From Escherichia coli (lineage in GTDB: Bacteria; Pseudomonadota; Gammaproteobacteria; Enterobacterales; Enterobacteriaceae): a stretch of 64,000 nt of DNA. Both the position numbers and the translations under genes were made by a program. Shown here in pieces: positions 9,540 to 22,599 of the stretch. The stretch lies in NCBI RefSeq assembly GCF_046105845.1, contig NZ_CP151004.1. One strand, written 5' to 3'. The notes under the pieces were generated by a model. That model was not told the DNA's origin and searched no databases. It saw only the letters and a program-made list of their open reading frames with translations. Positions within the stretch are counted from its first letter, which is position 1. Every line of letters begins with the position of its first letter.

Positions 9540-10604
9540 TTACTTAATGAATGGGCGGGTCAGCAGACCGACAGGGCCAGTGGTGTACCAGCGACGGTTG
9601 CCGCGACTGCGTGAGTCGCGCCCAACGGCCTGCGTCAGGCGGTCGAGGATAATGGCGAGGATCACAATCCCGACGCCGCCAACGGTGGCAAGCCCCATAT
9701 CCAGACGACCGATACCGCGAAGTACCATCTGACCCAGCCCGCCGACGGCAATCATCGAGGCGATGACCACCATAGAAAGAGCCAGCATCAGCGTCTGGTT
9801 AACGCCCGCCATAATGGTCGGCATCGCCAACGGTAACTGAACTTTGAACAGCATCTGGCGCGGGCTGGCACCGAATGAGCGCGAGGCTTCAATCAGATCC
9901 GCCGGAACCTGATTAATTCCCAGAATAGTCAGACGGATAATCGGCGGCAGAGCAAAGATGATCGTCACCACCACGCCCGGCACGTTACCAATACCAAACA
10001 GCATGACGATTGGCACCAGATAAACAAACGCTGGCGTGGTCTGCATGGCATCAAGCAGTGGACGAATAATTTTCGCCGCTCGTGGACTTCTCGCCAGCCA
10101 GATCCCCAACGGCAAACCGATGACGATACAGAACAGCAGGGCGGTTAACACCAGCGCCAGAGTAACCATTGCCTGTGACCAGGCACCGATTGCGCCGATG
10201 GCAATCAGCGAAACCAGCGTCGCCACGCCCATTCCGACACCGGAAATTTGCCAGGCGATGAGAGCGAAAACGATAATCGCCACCGGCGCAGGCATACCCA
10301 GCAGCAATTGCTGGAAACCGTTGAGGATGTAATCAACCGGAACGCGCACGCCCTGGAAGACGGGACGGAAATGGGTAACGACCCAGTCGATCCCTTCAGT
10401 GACCCAACTGTCGAGTGGGATCAGCGTTTTATGGAACGGATCGAGAATATTAAAATGCTCGACGTTTGGCGCAGGCGTACTGGTCAGCCAGTCAGCACCA
10501 CCGCCGTCAGTCGGTGCAGTCGCCGGTGTACCCCAGGCGTCTGCGGATTGTGCGGCACTGTCCGCCGCTGGCGTTGTATCCCACGGATTATTTTGATCAG
10601 CCAT
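9540..10604 (-). CDS. proW: Glycine betaine/proline ABC transporter permease ProW
   Basis: 354-aa membrane ORF. Confidence 0.95.
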   Translation of the reverse strand: MADQNNPWDTTPAADSAAQSADAWGTPATAPTDGGGADWLTSTPAPNVEHFNILDPFHKTLIPLDSWVTEGIDWVVTHFRPVFQGVRVPVDYILNGFQQLLLGMPAPVAIIVFALIAWQISGVGMGVATLVSLIAIGAIGAWSQAMVTLALVLTALLFCIVIGLPLGIWLARSPRAAKIIRPLLDAMQTTPAFVYLVPIVMLFGIGNVPGVVVTIIFALPPIIRLTILGINQVPADLIEASRSFGASPRQMLFKVQLPLAMPTIMAGVNQTLMLALSMVVIASMIAVGGLGQMVLRGIGRLDMGLATVGGVGIVILAIILDRLTQAVGRDSRSRGNRRWYTTGPVGLLTRPFIK

Positions 10605-11799
10605 TATTTACCCCCTCACGATCTAAAGCGCGCAGCAGCATTCCTTTCGAAATGATGCCGACATACTGTTGGTCCTCGTCGACCACGGGCACCGCACAGG
10701 GGGCCTGTCCGACATGAGAGAGCAACTCGCTAAGAGGCGTTTGTGCATCGACCGCTAACGGCGCATCAATCAGCGCCGCATCAAGACCTTGCTGCTGCGT
10801 TAACGCGGTTTTAAGCGAATCGATAGACACTGCGCCGACAAACTTATTACCGCGTTCGATGACGTAGCCATATTCGCGATCTTCATCCTGCAATAATTTC
10901 AGTGCCGAACGCGGGCCGAAGCCGGGGGTTTTACGAATTAAGCCGTTCGGTGTCCGGCGAGCAATATCTTTCGCACTGAATACCTGACTAATATCGACGC
11001 CACGGAAGAAGGTACGGACATAATCATTCGCCGGATTATTGAGAATTTCATCCGGTGTGCCGACCTGTACCACTTCACCATTTTGCATAATGGCAATTCG
11101 GTCGCCAATACGCATGGCTTCATCGAGATCGTGGGAAATAAAGACAATGGTGCGCTGATGTTTCGCCTGTAATTTTACCAGCTCATCCTGCATCTCGGTG
11201 CGAATTAATGGATCGAGTGCCGAGAAGGCTTCGTCCATTAATAATATATCCGGATTAATCGCTAACGCGCGGGCTAATCCCACACGTTGACGCATCCCGC
11301 CAGAGAGTTCATCCGGGTAGCTGTGGGCATAATTTTCCAGCCCGACCTGACGCAGTGCATCAAGGGCTTTTTCACGGCGTTCTTCGGCATTAATTCCGGC
11401 CAGTTCCATACCGAACGCAGTATTGTCCAGCACGGTCATATGCGGCATTAAGGCAAAGGACTGGAAGACCATCGCAATCTTTTTTCTGCGCACCTCACGG
11501 AGTTCGGCGTCGGATATTTTGGCAATATCCACACCATCAATCAGCACTTGCCCGCGGGTGGGTTCAATCAGGCGATTGAGAAGGCGTACCATTGTGGATT
11601 TACCCGAACCGGATAATCCCATGATGACAAATATCTCGCCTTCTTCAATGGCCAGACTGGCGTCTTTTACGCCAAGCGATAGCCCAGTTTTTTCCAGAAT
11701 TTGTTCTTTTGAAAGTCCTTGTTCGATATATTTGAAAGCTCGTTGTGGATGCTCACCAAATATTTTATAAAGATTTTTAATTTCTAATTTAATTGCCAT
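10597..11799 (-). CDS. proV: Glycine betaine/proline ABC transporter ATPase ProV
   Basis: 400-aa ORF with Walker [10 protein letters not shown] and C-terminal CBS domains. Confidence 0.96.
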   Translation of the reverse strand: MAIKLEIKNLYKIFGEHPQRAFKYIEQGLSKEQILEKTGLSLGVKDASLAIEEGEIFVIMGLSGSGKSTMVRLLNRLIEPTRGQVLIDGVDIAKISDAELREVRRKKIAMVFQSFALMPHMTVLDNTAFGMELAGINAEERREKALDALRQVGLENYAHSYPDELSGGMRQRVGLARALAINPDILLMDEAFSALDPLIRTEMQDELVKLQAKHQRTIVFISHDLDEAMRIGDRIAIMQNGEVVQVGTPDEILNNPANDYVRTFFRGVDISQVFSAKDIARRTPNGLIRKTPGFGPRSALKLLQDEDREYGYVIERGNKFVGAVSIDSLKTALTQQQGLDAALIDAPLAVDAQTPLSELLSHVGQAPCAVPVVDEDQQYVGIISKGMLLRALDREGVNNG

Positions 11800-11867
11800 G
11801 CAATAGAAAGATTCCTGTTATTTGTTTATGTCGATACATTACCCAATGGAAATAGTCACTTTTTTCT

Positions 11868-11895
11868 ACCCTAACATACTGAGAATTTGAGGCAA
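11868..11895 (-). promoter_or_regulatory. proU P2 promoter (-35 TTGCCT, 16-nt spacer, -10 TAGGGT)
   Basis: Hexamers read on minus strand about 70-100 nt upstream of proV ATG; matches my recollection of the proU promoter. Confidence 0.6.
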
Positions 11896-12154
11896 CCCCT
11901 GACGGCAAATGTGGCATGAATATTGATGAGAGCAAATCGCCGGAATTTCCCGTGATATAAGGGCTGAGAGCGAATCGAGAAAAGTTGATATTTTTTGTCA
12001 AAGATAGCGAAAAAACGCCTGAATATTGTGGTTTCAGGCGAATAATGCAACAGAGTGTCAGTGTAGATCACCACAAAATATTTGCGTGATAAAAAGCTAT
12101 TTGGCGGGAATTATTTCCCTGCTGCGGGTAGTGATATTTTTGAAAATAACCCCC

Positions 12155-13123
<969 letters not shown>

Positions 13124-15268
13124 TTAAAGTGCACAGGAGACGCAGCCTTCAATTTCAGTGCCTTCCAGCGCCATCTGACGCAGGCGAATGTAGTAGAGCG
13201 TTTTGATACCCTTGCGCCAGGCGTAAATCTGCGCTTTGTTGATATCGCGAGTGGTGGCGGTATCGGGGAAAAACAGCGTCAGCGACAGCCCCTGATCGAC
13301 ATGGCGAGTCGCTTCGGCGTAGGTGTCGATGATCTTTTCTGCGCCGATTTCGTAAGCGTCCTGATACAGCGCCAGATTCTCGTTAGTCATAAACGGGGCA
13401 GGGTAGTAAACGCGTCCTGTTTTGCCCTCTTTGCGTATCTCTACTTTCGCCACAATCGGATGAATACTCGACGTGGCATGGTTGATATAAGAGATGGAAC
13501 CGGTTGGCGGCACCGCCTGGAGATTCTGGTTGTAAATGCCGTAGCGCATCACGTCGTCGCGCAGCTGCGCCCACATCTCACGGGTAGGTAACGTAATACC
13601 GCTACGGGTAAACAGTTCGCCAACTTTCGCCGTTTTCGGCTGCCAATTCCCTTGCAGATATTGGCTAAAATATTCACCACTGGCATAGCGTGACTGTTTG
13701 AACCCGGCGAAGGTTTCACCGCGTTCGCGCGCCAGCAACATCGAGGTACGCAGTGCGTGCCAGGTGATGGTATAGAAATAGAGATTGGTGAAATCCAGTG
13801 CTTCCGGCGACCCATAAGCGATGCCTTCTCGCGCCAGATAACCGTGTAAATTCATCTGCCCCAGACCGATGGCGTGTGAGGCGGCATTTCCGGCTTCGAT
13901 GGACGGCACGCTGCGGATATGACTCATATCTGACACCGCCGTTAAACCGCGCACGGCAGTCTCTACCGTGCGGGCAAAGTCGGGGGAATCCATGGTGTGG
14001 GCAATATTCAACGAACCTAAATTGCAGGAAATATCATGGCCTGTGCGGGCATAGTCGAGATTCTCGTCATACTCTGAGGCGCTGTTAACCTGCAAAATTT
14101 CTGAGCAGAGATTGCTCATATTTATGCGCCCGGCGATAGGGTTAGCACGGTTAACCGTGTCTTCATACATGATGTAGGGATAGCCGGACTCAAACTGGAT
14201 TTCTGCCAGTCGCTGGAAGAAATCACGGGCGTTGATGTATTTTTTGCGGATGCGTTCATCGGCTACCAGTTCGGCATAGTGTTCGCTGATGGCGATATCG
14301 GCAAACGGCTTGCCATAAACCCGCTCAACGTCATAGGGCGAAAACAGCGCCATCTGCGCATTCTCTTTTGCCAGATGGAAAGTGATATCCGGGATCACCA
14401 CGCCCAGCGACAGTGTTTTAATGCGGATTTTTTCGTCGGCATTTTCCCGCTTTGTATCGAGAAAACGCAGAATATCGGGATGATGAGCATGTAAATAGAC
14501 TGCGCCAGCACCCTGACGCGCGCCGAGTTGGTTGGCATAGGAAAATGCGTCTTCCAGCATTTTCATCACCGGAATCACGCCAGATGATTGATTTTCAATA
14601 CGTTTAATTGGCGCGCCCGCTTCCCGCAGATTCGACAGCAAAAATGCCACGCCGCCGCCGCGTTTCGACAGTTGCAGTGCGGAATTTACTGCCCGGCCAA
14701 TCGACTCCATATTGTCTTCAATACGCAGCAGAAAACAGGAAACCAGTTCGCCGCGCTGCTGCTTACCGCAGTTGAGGAATGTTGGCGTGGCTGGCTGAAA
14801 GCGTCCTGACAGCATCTCATCAGTGAGCTGCGTCGCCAGTGTTTCATCGCCTTGTGCCAGCGTCAGCGCCACCATCGTGACGCGATCGGCAAAATCTTCC
14901 AGATAACGCTTACCGTCGAATGTCTTCAACGTATAGCTGGTGTAAAACTTCCATGCTCCGAGGAATGTCTGGAAACGAAAACCGCTGGCGTGCGCGTGGG
15001 CAAACAGCGTAATGACAAAATCGCGAGAGTAGCGATTAAGGACGCTTTCATCATAGTAACCTTCGTTAACCAGCCAGTTCAGGCGCTGCTGCTGGCTACT
15101 GAAGGCCACACTGTTCGGACGCACATGTGTCGCCATAAAGGCGTCAACGGCCTGGCTGTCTTTATCGAACTGAATGCGACCTGCGCTATCGTAAAGGTTA
15201 AGCATCGCATTCAGCGCGTGGTAATCCATCGTTTCCTGCGTCAGGCGTTCTGCGGTTGTCGTTGCCAA
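13124..15268 (-). CDS. nrdE: Class Ib ribonucleotide reductase alpha subunit NrdE
   Basis: 714-aa ORF ending …CVSCAL. Confidence 0.96.
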
Positions 15269-15651
15269 AATTCGGTTACTCCTTTACGAACGTTTTCGAT
15301 ATCGCTTTGCGTACCCATGAGTTCAAAGCGGTACAGCCACGGCACGCCGCATTTCCGGGCTATCACATCTCCGGCGCGGCCATACGCCTCACCAAAGTTG
15401 CGATTACCCGAAGCAATAACGCCGCGCAGCAACGCCCGGTTGTGCTCGTCGTTTAAAAAGCGAATGACCTGTCGTGGCACTGCGCCAGCTGTACCGCCGC
15501 CGCCGTAAGAGGGCACGATCAGGATGTAAGGCTCGTCTACCTGAATCCGTTCCCGCTCATTGAGCGGGATGCGCACCGCGGGCAGTCCTAAACGTTCGAT
15601 AAAACGCTGCGTATTTTCGGAGCTGCTGGAAAAGTAGACGAGTTGGCTCAT
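15241..15651 (-). CDS. nrdI: Flavodoxin-like NrdI
   Basis: 136-aa ORF overlapping nrdE start. Confidence 0.94.
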
Positions 15652-15893
15652 GCACTGGCCGCGTGTGGCGCTGGATGCAGACGATTGATCATGTCCGGGC
15701 GGAAACCAGACCAGCTAAGATCGCCAGCAATCACTACCGGCAACTGACGAAAGCCCTGAGCACGCAGCGCTTCCGCCGCTTCAGGAACGCGATCGACATT
15801 AATCATTTCAAAATCAAAGCCCCGGTTTTCCATCGCCCGTTTGGTGGCGTGGCACTGAACGCAATCGTTACGAGTGTAAATAGTAATGCGCAT
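15648..15893 (-). CDS. nrdH: Glutaredoxin-like NrdH
   Basis: 81-aa ORF with CVQC redox motif. Confidence 0.94.
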
Positions 15894-16080
15894 GATTCGT
15901 ATTTCCGTTTAAAATGAAGATACGGCGCGATGATACGCGTCGGGTTGTCTCTCTGTTGATACAGAGATACTAGATGTAGTTGAAAAAAGATTCAACCACA
16001 CAATATATAGCAAATAGTGGTCGAAATTACCCTGGGTATGAGCGTGACGGGGTAGGGGGATTTTTGTGATTCACCAGGCA

Positions 16081-16110
16081 AAAAGAAACCCCGAAGCCAG
16101 GCTTCGGGGT
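16081..16110 (-). terminator. Rho-independent terminator after ygaM
   Basis: ccccgaagcc…ggcttcgggg hairpin followed by T-run on minus strand. Confidence 0.65.
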
Positions 16111-16140
16111 CAAAAACGCGTATTTATTATCATTATTGCA

Positions 16141-16470
16141 CTACGATTTGCGCATGCTTAACAGTGCGCCGATAAAAATACCAACCGCAGCTGCTGTACC
16201 CACGCTACACCAGGGTCTTTCACGAACAAAAGAATCCGCGCAGCCAACGGCATCGCGCGCGGCTTGCTGGACGCGAGTACGACCATGCATTCGCGCTCTG
16301 GTTTCTTTCAGTAGAGCCTGCGCTTTACTACGAGCGGCTTCGGCTTCCCCTTTGGCGTCGCTGCCCCAGGACTTCAATACAGATTCGAGGCTGTCAGCTA
16401 ATTGATTGACATCATTCTGGATATCCTGCACGCCATCATCGACGTCGTTGCGGTTCGGTCGGTTAAACAT
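16141..16470 (-). CDS. ygaM: ElaB/YqjD-family stress-induced protein YgaM
   Basis: ORF 16141-16482; MFNRPNRNDVDDGVQDIQNDV… C-terminal TM anchor; start ATG 16470. Confidence 0.9.
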   Translation of the reverse strand: MFNRPNRNDVDDGVQDIQNDVNQLADSLESVLKSWGSDAKGEAEAARSKAQALLKETRARMHGRTRVQQAARDAVGCADSFVRERPWCSVGTAAAVGIFIGALLSMRKS

Positions 16471-16621
16471 ATGATCCCCCATTAGAATTCGATGTAATTT
16501 TCAGTGTAGACCATAATTTTCTTAACTGAGGTTCATCGCGGCTTTATGGACTTTTCTGAAAGCGTTGTGAATGCGCAATCAGGTAAGGTAGGCCCGCGGT
16601 TGATAATAACGAGGATCAAAT

Positions 16622-16966
16622 ATGTATTTACGACCAGACGAGGTGGCGCGCGTACTTGAAAAAGTCGGTTTTACTGTCGATGTGGTAACCCAGAAAGCTT
16701 ATGGTTACCGCCGTGGGGAAAATTATGTCTATGTTAATCGCGAAGCGCGAATGGGACGTACCGCCCTGGTGATTCATCCAACATTAAAAGAACGTAGTTC
16801 AACACTGGCTGAACCCGCTTCCGATATTAAAACTTGCGATCATTACCAGCAATTTCCGCTCTATTTAGCGGGTGAACGTCATGAGCATTACGGTATCCCG
16901 CATGGCTTTAGTTCGCGTGTTGCGCTTGAACGTTATTTGAATGGTTTATTTGGCGAAGCCAGTTAA
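16622..16966 (+). CDS. ygaC: Uncharacterized protein YgaC
   Basis: 114-aa ORF in conserved position. Confidence 0.9.
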
Positions 16967-17002
16967 AGACGCGACTGGCGATGCCAGTCGCGAAAAGAAG
17001 GG

Positions 17003-17452
17003 TCAGGCTTTTACCTGCTGGTAACGGCTGACTTTAAACAGTCGGCGGCAATAATCGAGGAAGTAGCCATAAACCGCCCCCATCAACATCGAAACAACGA
17101 TGTTTGAACTGACCGCCGCCATAATCTGATGCCAGTCTGCGCCCACCACTAACAAGATCGCCACATACACCGGTGACTGGAACGTCACATACGCCAGGAT
17201 ATCCGCCAGATTTTTTATCCAGCCCGACGGGCTAACTTTGCGTGCTGCGCGCATAAACAGATCGCGGTACATACCGTATGGCCATGCAATTAAGATGTTC
17301 ACCGGAATCGCTACCAATCTGGAATAAAAAGACTGTTCGAAGCTCATTCCGGAGAGGAAAACTTCAATACACATGTTCACGACAGAACAGTAAACAACCA
17401 TCGCGAACGTATCTGCAACTGCATGACGCAAGCGTGACTGCGGTGAGAACAT
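17003..17452 (-). CDS. alaE: L-alanine exporter AlaE
   Basis: ORF 17003-17563; [24 protein letters not shown]…; start ATG at 17452. Confidence 0.92.
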   Translation of the reverse strand: MFSPQSRLRHAVADTFAMVVYCSVVNMCIEVFLSGMSFEQSFYSRLVAIPVNILIAWPYGMYRDLFMRAARKVSPSGWIKNLADILAYVTFQSPVYVAILLVVGADWHQIMAAVSSNIVVSMLMGAVYGYFLDYCRRLFKVSRYQQVKA

Positions 17453-18119
17453 GCTAATGCTCCTTAATAAAAGCGTAATGGGATGTGAATGGAGATGAAA
17501 GCAGTGGATCTCATTGCCATCTGCATTTTCGCATAGCGTATATCGCTGGCTATGACTAATCAATTAGTGAAAAATTTTTATTTAAACTGTTTTTGTAGAT
17601 AAAATATTCCGTAACGGCGCGTTTTTTGTACATTGTGGATTTTTACATGCCGATATGGTTTATTTTCAATTGAATCAATTAGATATGATCCTGCCTTTAA
17701 TTACACTAATGAAAGTTTGGGGGTGAGATAACGCTATAAGCGTAGAGAATTCGGTGTATGTCGTGACCGGGTCATTTTCAGCATTTTTTATGCCAGAAAA
17801 TGTACATTGACAGCAGAAAGCACCAGTGAGGGGTGTTTCCATTTATTCGGTTAAATTGCATTTTTATTCATTTTTGTTTTGTCAGGCTTGCGGAATTAGC
17901 GAGCAGAGAGCGCCGCTCTGCTCACAAATAACCTAAATTACTCATCAAAATGGCTAATATATAATCTTGAAATTATTCTGAGAGTTTCAGAAAATAACAG
18001 CTGAAATAATCTCGCGCAGGACTGTAAATAGATTAAATTTTGTGGAAATATAATAAGTGATCGCTTACACTACGCGACGAAATACTTTTTTGTTTTGGCG
18101 TTAAAAGGTTTTCTTTATT

Positions 18120-18524
18120 ATGTCCGTAATGTTACAAAGTTTAAATAACATTCGCACCCTCCGTGCGATGGCTCGCGAATTCTCCATTGACGTTCTTGAA
18201 GAAATGCTCGAAAAATTCAGGGTTGTCACTAAAGAAAGACGTGAAGAAGAAGAACAGCAGCAGCGTGAACTGGCAGAGCGCCAGGAAAAAATTAGTACCT
18301 GGCTGGAGCTGATGAAAGCTGACGGAATTAACCCGGAAGAGTTATTGGGTAATAGCTCTGCTGCTGCACCACGCGCTGGTAAAAAACGCCAGCCGCGTCC
18401 GGCGAAATATAAATTCACCGATGTTAACGGTGAAACTAAAACCTGGACCGGTCAGGGCCGTACACCGAAGCCAATCGCTCAGGCGCTGGCAGAAGGTAAA
18501 TCTCTCGACGATTTCCTGATCTAA
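18120..18524 (+). CDS. stpA: H-NS paralogue StpA
   Basis: 134-aa [36 protein letters not shown]…; long AT-rich upstream region. Confidence 0.96.
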   Translation: MSVMLQSLNNIRTLRAMAREFSIDVLEEMLEKFRVVTKERREEEEQQQRELAERQEKISTWLELMKADGINPEELLGNSSAAAPRAGKKRQPRPAKYKFTDVNGETKTWTGQGRTPKPIAQALAEGKSLDDFLI

Positions 18525-18570
18525 TTACTGAGGCCGGATGTCGCTGCTATGGCGCGTCCGGCGTCGCTTC

Positions 18571-19095
18571 TCAAGCTCGTTGGTTCCAAGGCATCTTATC
18601 TAACAACCTTGCCATCCCACAAAAACCGCTAATTCCTGCAAACAGTAACCCGGCACCAACAAAGCCGCTTAATAAGAAGAAACCGCTATTTACGGTATAA
18701 CCCAGTACAACGCCGATTAATATTAAACCACCTGCGGCGATCTGCACCTGGCGCATTAACGGCAAGGGTTGAGATTTATTTACCGCTACTGGCAATCCTG
18801 CTTTTTTCCAGCCATCAATCCCATCTTCGAGTAAAAAGATTTCTGCGGGGGCGGCAATCGCTGCTAATTTATCGGCGTTATTACTGGTGCGTTTACCTGC
18901 CTGGCAGTGGAATATAATTTGCTCGCGACGTAATTTAGGCGGAAGACCTGACTGTTCGAGCACGGATAATGGAGCCAGATCTGCTTCAGGAATATGTTCA
19001 CGAAGATATTCATCAGCGTCACGAATATCGATTAACTTTGCGCCGCGTGCGATTAATTCTTGTGCATCATGCGGCGAAATGGTTGTCAAAGCCAT
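18571..19095 (-). CDS. ygaP: Membrane-anchored rhodanese YgaP
   Basis: 174-aa ORF with rhodanese Cys motif and C-terminal TM segments. Confidence 0.92.
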   Translation of the reverse strand: MALTTISPHDAQELIARGAKLIDIRDADEYLREHIPEADLAPLSVLEQSGLPPKLRREQIIFHCQAGKRTSNNADKLAAIAAPAEIFLLEDGIDGWKKAGLPVAVNKSQPLPLMRQVQIAAGGLILIGVVLGYTVNSGFFLLSGFVGAGLLFAGISGFCGMARLLDKMPWNQRA

Positions 19096-19104
19096 AGTGA
19101 CTCC

Positions 19105-19404
19105 TTACGGACAATAGACATTTTTCAGGGTGGCGATAATGGCATTTACCGCCTCATTTTTAATGGAATATAGAATGCGTTGGGCATCCCGTTGGCTGTC
19201 GATAAGCCCTTCGTCCCGCATACGGGCGAGATGCTGTGATGTCGCAGAGGCACTCAGTCCGGTAATGCGCGTCAGCTCTCCCGCACTGGTGCCGGGGGAA
19301 CCGCTAAGCATGCACAGAATCAGCAACCGTTTAGGGTGGCTCATTGCTTTCAATAAGGCCGCTGCCTGTTCGGCACTAGCCTGTAATTGCGCGAGTTCAG
19401 TCAT
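19105..19404 (-). CDS. ygaV: ArsR/SmtB-family transcriptional regulator YgaV
   Basis: 99-aa wHTH ORF immediately upstream of ygaP. Confidence 0.92.
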   Translation of the reverse strand: MTELAQLQASAEQAAALLKAMSHPKRLLILCMLSGSPGTSAGELTRITGLSASATSQHLARMRDEGLIDSQRDAQRILYSIKNEAVNAIIATLKNVYCP

Positions 19405-19586
19405 AGTTATTTAAGCATTTTCTAAATTAAGCAAACTCTAAACTAAAAATATAATATATGCCAGCATCAGCAGCGTAAATGAGAGTAAAAGCGTAAGCTG
19501 AAACTGGCAGGCTCCGCTAAAATTACTACGCTTAAGAGATAAAATCTCTTTTTAAACAATGAGTAATTTTCTTATAGGGAGTACAT

Positions 19587-19745
19587 ATGGGTTTCTGGAG
19601 AATCGTCATCACCATCATTCTGCCGCCGCTCGGCGTGCTGCTCGGTAAAGGGTTCGGTTGGGCGTTCATTATTAATATTCTGCTGACACTGCTTGGGTAT
19701 ATCCCCGGTTTGATTCACGCTTTCTGGGTGCAAACCCGCGATTAA
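19587..19745 (+). CDS. yqaE: Small membrane protein YqaE (Pmp3/UPF0057 family)
   Basis: 52-aa ORF MGFWRIVITIILPPLGVLLGKGFGWAFIINILLTLLGYIPGLIHAFWVQTRD found by manual translation (below ORF-track size cut-off). Confidence 0.85.
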   Translation: MGFWRIVITIILPPLGVLLGKGFGWAFIINILLTLLGYIPGLIHAFWVQTRD

Positions 19746-19828
19746 ACCTGTCCTCACCCCCGCGGCGTTAACGCGCCGCGTTCCTCTGCTACACTCTCTG
19801 AGTGTTTCCGTTAACGAATGAGGTAGCT

Positions 19829-20278
19829 ATGGGTCTGTTCAATTTTGTGAAAGATGCCGGAGAAAAACTCTGGGACGCGGTTACAGGTCAGCACGATAAA
19901 GACGATCAGGCGAAGAAGGTGCAGGAGCATCTGAACAAAACCGGTATACCTGATGCCGATAAAGTGAATATTCAAATTGCCGACGGCAAAGCGACGGTCA
20001 CGGGTGATGGCCTGAGTCAGGAGGCGAAGGAGAAAATCCTTGTTGCGGTGGGGAATATTTCCGGTATTGCCAGTGTCGATGATCAGGTGAAAACGGCGAC
20101 ACCAGCCGCTGCCAGCCAGTTTTATACCGTTAAGTCTGGCGACACTCTGAGTGCCATTTCCAAACAGGTCTACGGTAACGCCAATCTGTACAATAAAATC
20201 TTCGAAGCGAATAAACCGATGTTAAAAAGCCCGGATAAAATTTACCCGGGGCAAGTGTTGCGTATTCCTGAAGAGTAG
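19829..20278 (+). CDS. kbp: K+-binding BON/LysM protein Kbp (YgaU)
   Basis: ORF 19802-20278; [20 protein letters not shown]… C-terminal LysM; start ATG 19829. Confidence 0.93.
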   Translation: MGLFNFVKDAGEKLWDAVTGQHDKDDQAKKVQEHLNKTGIPDADKVNIQIADGKATVTGDGLSQEAKEKILVAVGNISGIASVDDQVKTATPAAASQFYTVKSGDTLSAISKQVYGNANLYNKIFEANKPMLKSPDKIYPGQVLRIPEE

Positions 20279-20941
20279 TTAATTGCCAGCCATTGCCTGC
20301 TGGATAATGGGAATTGGCGTCAGTAAATGCTGGCGCATTAACTCACTGGCGCGCGCGGTATCTCGCGCCAGTACCGCCGCAGTCAGGGTCTGGTGCTGAT
20401 CGCGTTTATCTTCCAGCATTTCCACCGAAAGCACTGTTCGCCGCAGCCAGATAAATCGATAGCGCGCCGCCAGATCAAACAACCGTTCACGCATTTGCAG
20501 CAAATAGTGAGAACCACAGCCCGCCACAATTGCAGTATGAAACGCCTGATGACGCAGATCCCACTCATCAAGCATTTTCTCACTGGCGTCACAGGCCTCC
20601 AGCTTACTGAGCAGATGCGCTTTTGCGAGAACGTCTGCCTCCCATTCATCGCCACCGCGGGCAATCGCCAGACTGACCAGCATCGCTTCCATATTGGCGC
20701 GGGCGTCGAAAATATCGAGCAGCTCCTGCTCTGACATAGACGCCACCCGATACCCTTTTTGATTCACCACCGTGACCAGCCGTTCCGCCACCAGTTGCGA
20801 AAGCGCTTCCCGCAACGGCCCAACGCCAAGTGCATAACGCGATGTCAGCAAACTCATCCGTAATTTTTCATCCGGTTGAAAGTTTCCGCGAATAATATCG
20901 TTCTTCAGCCAGCGATAGCCATCCAGAGACGTAATGGTCAT
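20279..20941 (-). CDS. csiR: GntR-family repressor CsiR
   Basis: ORF 20279-20959; MTITSLDGYRWLKNDIIRGNF…; start ATG 20941. Confidence 0.93.
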   Translation of the reverse strand: MTITSLDGYRWLKNDIIRGNFQPDEKLRMSLLTSRYALGVGPLREALSQLVAERLVTVVNQKGYRVASMSEQELLDIFDARANMEAMLVSLAIARGGDEWEADVLAKAHLLSKLEACDASEKMLDEWDLRHQAFHTAIVAGCGSHYLLQMRERLFDLAARYRFIWLRRTVLSVEMLEDKRDQHQTLTAAVLARDTARASELMRQHLLTPIPIIQQAMAGN

Positions 20942-20961
20942 GGTGTGACTCCTGATCATTA

Positions 20962-22362
20962 TTAGCGCGTATTATGAACGGGTGTTTTTTGCCACAATAC
21001 CAGCTTTTTCCAGCGAGCCATAATTGGCACGGTACAGATTATCCCTATCGCTAATAAACCGGTGGAGATCACTTCTAACTGTTGCGCCGGGCGGAATAGC
21101 ATCACTACCAACACAAAGGTTATAAAACCGATGACCAGCCAGGTGAGCCACGGATAAAGCCACATCCGCAGGCGAATTTCGCTTCCTTCTGCTCGCAGAA
21201 TTTTGCGCATCCGCAATTGTGAAACGGCGATGACTAAATAAACCAGCAGGGCGATAGCGCCGGAGCTATCGATCAGAAATTTAAACACTTTCGCAGGTGC
21301 GTAATAATTCACCACCACCGTTAAAAATGCCGCACCGGTCGAGAGTAATACCGCCACATACGGGGTTTTACTGCGGTTGATTTTACCCATTACCGCGGGA
21401 GCATCACCGCGACGGCTTAAGGAGTAGAGCATTCTGGAAGCGGTATACAGCGCCGAGTTCAGGCAACTGGTTACGGAAAGTAATATCACGCAGTCCATGA
21501 TTAATTTCGCATGGGGAATATTGAGCAACTCCAGAACCGAGCGATAAGATCCAACGGCTTTCAGCCCCGGCATATTCCACGGTATTAATGCCACCACGAC
21601 AAAAATAGAGCATAAATAGAAGATAGAAATACGCCAGATAACCGAGTTGGTGGCGCGGACAATATGTTTTTCCGGCGTGTCAGATTCCGCGGCGGCAATG
21701 GTGACAATTTCTGCGCCCATAAACGAGAACATAGTGATCAACATCGCGCTTAATACCGCACCGAAGCCGTTGGGCATAAAGCCGCCGCTATCCCACAATC
21801 TTGAGATCCCGCTCACTTCGGCATAAGGGTAAAAACCGCTAATTGCGACTGCACCAAGGAAAATAAAGGCCAGGATAGCGATGACTTTGCACAGCGCCAG
21901 CCAGAATTCAAATTCGCCGTAGTTTTTAACGCTTAATAAATTACTGCCAGTTAAGGCGAGGGTAATGACGAGGGAAAATAACCAGATGGGAATGCCTGGA
22001 ACCCACGAGTGCAGGATCATGGCGGCGATGTTGGCTTCCAGCGGGATAACCAGTACCCAAAACCACCAGTACAGCCAGCCGATGGTATAACCCGCCCAGC
22101 GGCCAATTGCCTTGTCGGCATAGGTGGAAAACGAACCGGTATCGGGCGTGGCAACCGCCATTTCCGCCAACATCCGCATAATCATAACCACCAGTAATCC
22201 GGCGAACAGATAGGCCAGTAATACCGCCGGGCCCGCTTCAGCGATGGCGACGCTGGAACCGACAAACAGACTTGCGCCGATAACACCGGCAATAGACAAC
22301 ATGGTGACGTGGCGTGACTTCAGCCCGCCGCCTAACTCATGTGGTTGCGATGATTGCCCCAT
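20962..22362 (-). CDS. gabP: GABA permease GabP
   Basis: ORF 20962-22425; MGQSSQPHELGGGLKSRHVTMLSIAGVIG… APC transporter; start ATG 22362. Confidence 0.95.
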   Translation of the reverse strand: MGQSSQPHELGGGLKSRHVTMLSIAGVIGASLFVGSSVAIAEAGPAVLLAYLFAGLLVVMIMRMLAEMAVATPDTGSFSTYADKAIGRWAGYTIGWLYWWFWVLVIPLEANIAAMILHSWVPGIPIWLFSLVITLALTGSNLLSVKNYGEFEFWLALCKVIAILAFIFLGAVAISGFYPYAEVSGISRLWDSGGFMPNGFGAVLSAMLITMFSFMGAEIVTIAAAESDTPEKHIVRATNSVIWRISIFYLCSIFVVVALIPWNMPGLKAVGSYRSVLELLNIPHAKLIMDCVILLSVTSCLNSALYTASRMLYSLSRRGDAPAVMGKINRSKTPYVAVLLSTGAAFLTVVVNYYAPAKVFKFLIDSSGAIALLVYLVIAVSQLRMRKILRAEGSEIRLRMWLYPWLTWLVIGFITFVLVVMLFRPAQQLEVISTGLLAIGIICTVPIMARWKKLVLWQKTPVHNTR

Positions 22363-22509
22363 CCTGAATCCTCTCGAAAGTGTGTCACTTGGGAGAGCGC
22401 CCCGACATTTCCCGCGTCGGGTCACACGTGTAATTGTTATTGGTTCTTTTTACCGGAGAGCGGCTCCGCCTTACCCGGCCGACATAGATTTATTCCTGTT
22501 CACGTACAG

Positions 22510-22592
22510 ATTGTCGGATGCAGCGTAAACGCTTTATCCGACCTGGATTCGCGTAGGCCGGACAAGACGCGCAGCGTCGCCTCCGGCATGGG
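22510..22592. repeat. REP/BIME palindromic repeats between gabP and gabT
   Basis: Two inverted REP-like units (tgtcggatgcagcgtaaacgctttatccgacct and gcgtaggccggacaagacgcgcagcgtcgcctccggc). Confidence 0.6.
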
Positions 22593-22599
22593 TACGGAT

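Noticed and set aside
17453-18119. Long (about 670 bp) AT-rich non-coding region between divergent alaE and stpA as a possible hidden gene or sRNA
   Set aside because: No ORF or structured-RNA signature was seen; a large AT-rich regulatory region upstream of stpA is expected (H-NS/StpA-bound promoters). Treated as ordinary regulatory DNA.
19572-19757. 61-aa minus-strand ORF
   Set aside because: Antisense to the well-supported yqaE small membrane protein gene (19587-19745).
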